DNA of 64,000 nucleotides from an uncultured candidatus Porisulfidus sp. (GTDB lineage Bacteria; Pseudomonadota; Gammaproteobacteria; Poriferisulfidales; Poriferisulfidaceae): NCBI GenBank assembly GCA_965204575.1, contig OZ241993.1, positions 1,040,586 to 1,104,585 of the forward strand, read 5' to 3'. Shown piece by piece: positions 63,168 to 64,000 of this stretch (position 1 is its first letter; each line of letters starts with the position of its first letter). The notes under the pieces were generated by a model. It saw only the letters and a program-made list of their open reading frames with translations, ran no database searches and was not told where the DNA came from. The position numbers and the translations under genes were made by a program.

Positions 63168-64000
63168 ATGACCGCTGAAGTCAGGCTTCAAACAGAAAAT
63201 ACGGCTCCATTATCAGCGGTGGATCAAACCCGTCTAGAAATATCAAAGCGCACCGACACGGAAAAGAAATCATGCCTTGGGCAGTTTCTAACACCTGCGA
63301 GCACGGCCACATTTATGGCAGGACTTTTCCCTCGATCTCAAGGGGAATGCCGCTTGCTTGACGCTGGAGCCGGAATTGGTTCTCTCTCAAGTGCGTTTTT
63401 GGAAAGGTGCGCAAATGGAGGAATGAAATTTGATGCAATCCGGATTACAGCATTTGAAATTGACCCTGCAATCCGGGATGAACTGCGGCGTTCTTTGTCC
63501 TACTACACCGGGAAGTGTCCTCTATCCTATGAAATCCTCAGCGAGGATTTCGTAGAAGAAGCAGTCAATTCGATCCAGTTTCAAAAATGCAATTTCACGC
63601 ACTCTATTCTGAATCCTCCCTACAAGAAAGTCCGCAGTAATTCCAGGTGCCGGGAACTTACGCGCCAAGTTGGGATTGAGACCGTCAACCTTTATTCCAC
63701 ATTCGTGGCCTTGGCCATCGCACTGACCCAACTGAATGGACAGGTTGTGGCAATTATCCCTCGCAGTTTCTGCAATGGGCCTTACTATCGCCCTTTCCGT
63801 GAATTCATTTTTGCCCACACTGCCATCCGGCATATACACCTATTCGCATCCCGAGACAGGGCTTTCAGGGATGATGATGTGCTTCAGGAGACGATCATTA
63901 TTCGGCTCGAACGAGGGGCCAAACAAGGGCCCGTAACGATTTCTACTTCAACCGACAACACTTTTGCTGACCTGACCGAACACACTTATCCGTTTGAGCA
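63168..64000 (+). CDS. N6-adenine DNA methyltransferase (Eco57I/gamma-class-like), 3' end outside window
   Basis: My own translation, absent from the ORF track because it has no stop. GQFLTPASTATFMAGLF, LLDAGAGIGSL (motif I) and ILNPPYKK (motif IV). Open to nt 64000. Confidence 0.8.
   Translation, partial: MTAEVRLQTENTAPLSAVDQTRLEISKRTDTEKKSCLGQFLTPASTATFMAGLFPRSQGECRLLDAGAGIGSLSSAFLERCANGGMKFDAIRITAFEIDPAIRDELRRSLSYYTGKCPLSYEILSEDFVEEAVNSIQFQKCNFTHSILNPPYKKVRSNSRCRELTRQVGIETVNLYSTFVALAIALTQLNGQVVAIIPRSFCNGPYYRPFREFIFAHTAIRHIHLFASRDRAFRDDDVLQETIIIRLERGAKQGPVTISTSTDNTFADLTEHTYPFE

Overview
GC-rich chromosomal segment, gammaproteobacterial by gene order. Conserved housekeeping blocks are clpB/proS, dapA-bamC, folE2, aceE-aceF-lpdA, thrS-infC-rpmI-rplT-pheS-pheT-ihfA, tRNA-Pro-lepB-rnc-era-recO, pdxJ-cysM, dapE-arsC-like-dapD and glnD-map. 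These blocks are interrupted by several insertions. Three insertions are bracketed by imperfect duplications of a host gene end: the clpB 3' end, the thrS 5' end and the recO 3' end. The lpdA-thrS gap (about 16.7-29.6 kb) is a lower-GC accessory island with an SF1 helicase carrying Zn ribbons, three VapBC pairs (one frameshifted), two HipBA pairs, an orphan ParS-type antitoxin, an intact IS1380-like element and a GIY-YIG protein. The recO-pdxJ gap carries a decayed IS1595-type transposase and a methyltransferase with a candidate endonuclease. The main finding is a roughly 9.8 kb insertion between dapD and glnD (about 48.4-58.2 kb). It holds a SecB-like chaperone and two tandem genes for proteins with a signal-like leader, about 55 collagen G-X-Y triplets, a coiled-coil neck and a YadA-type trimeric-autotransporter anchor. 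These are followed on the same strand by homologues of the animal collagen modification enzymes: a PLOD-type lysyl hydroxylase domain, a fusion of a GT25 (COLGALT-like) domain to a PLOD-type glycosyltransferase domain, galE, and a P4H-like 2OG oxygenase. Long poly-C tracts (20 and 14 nt) sit at the 5' side of this cluster, which suggests phase variation. All homology statements come from reading the translations and recalling family motifs. No database search was run.
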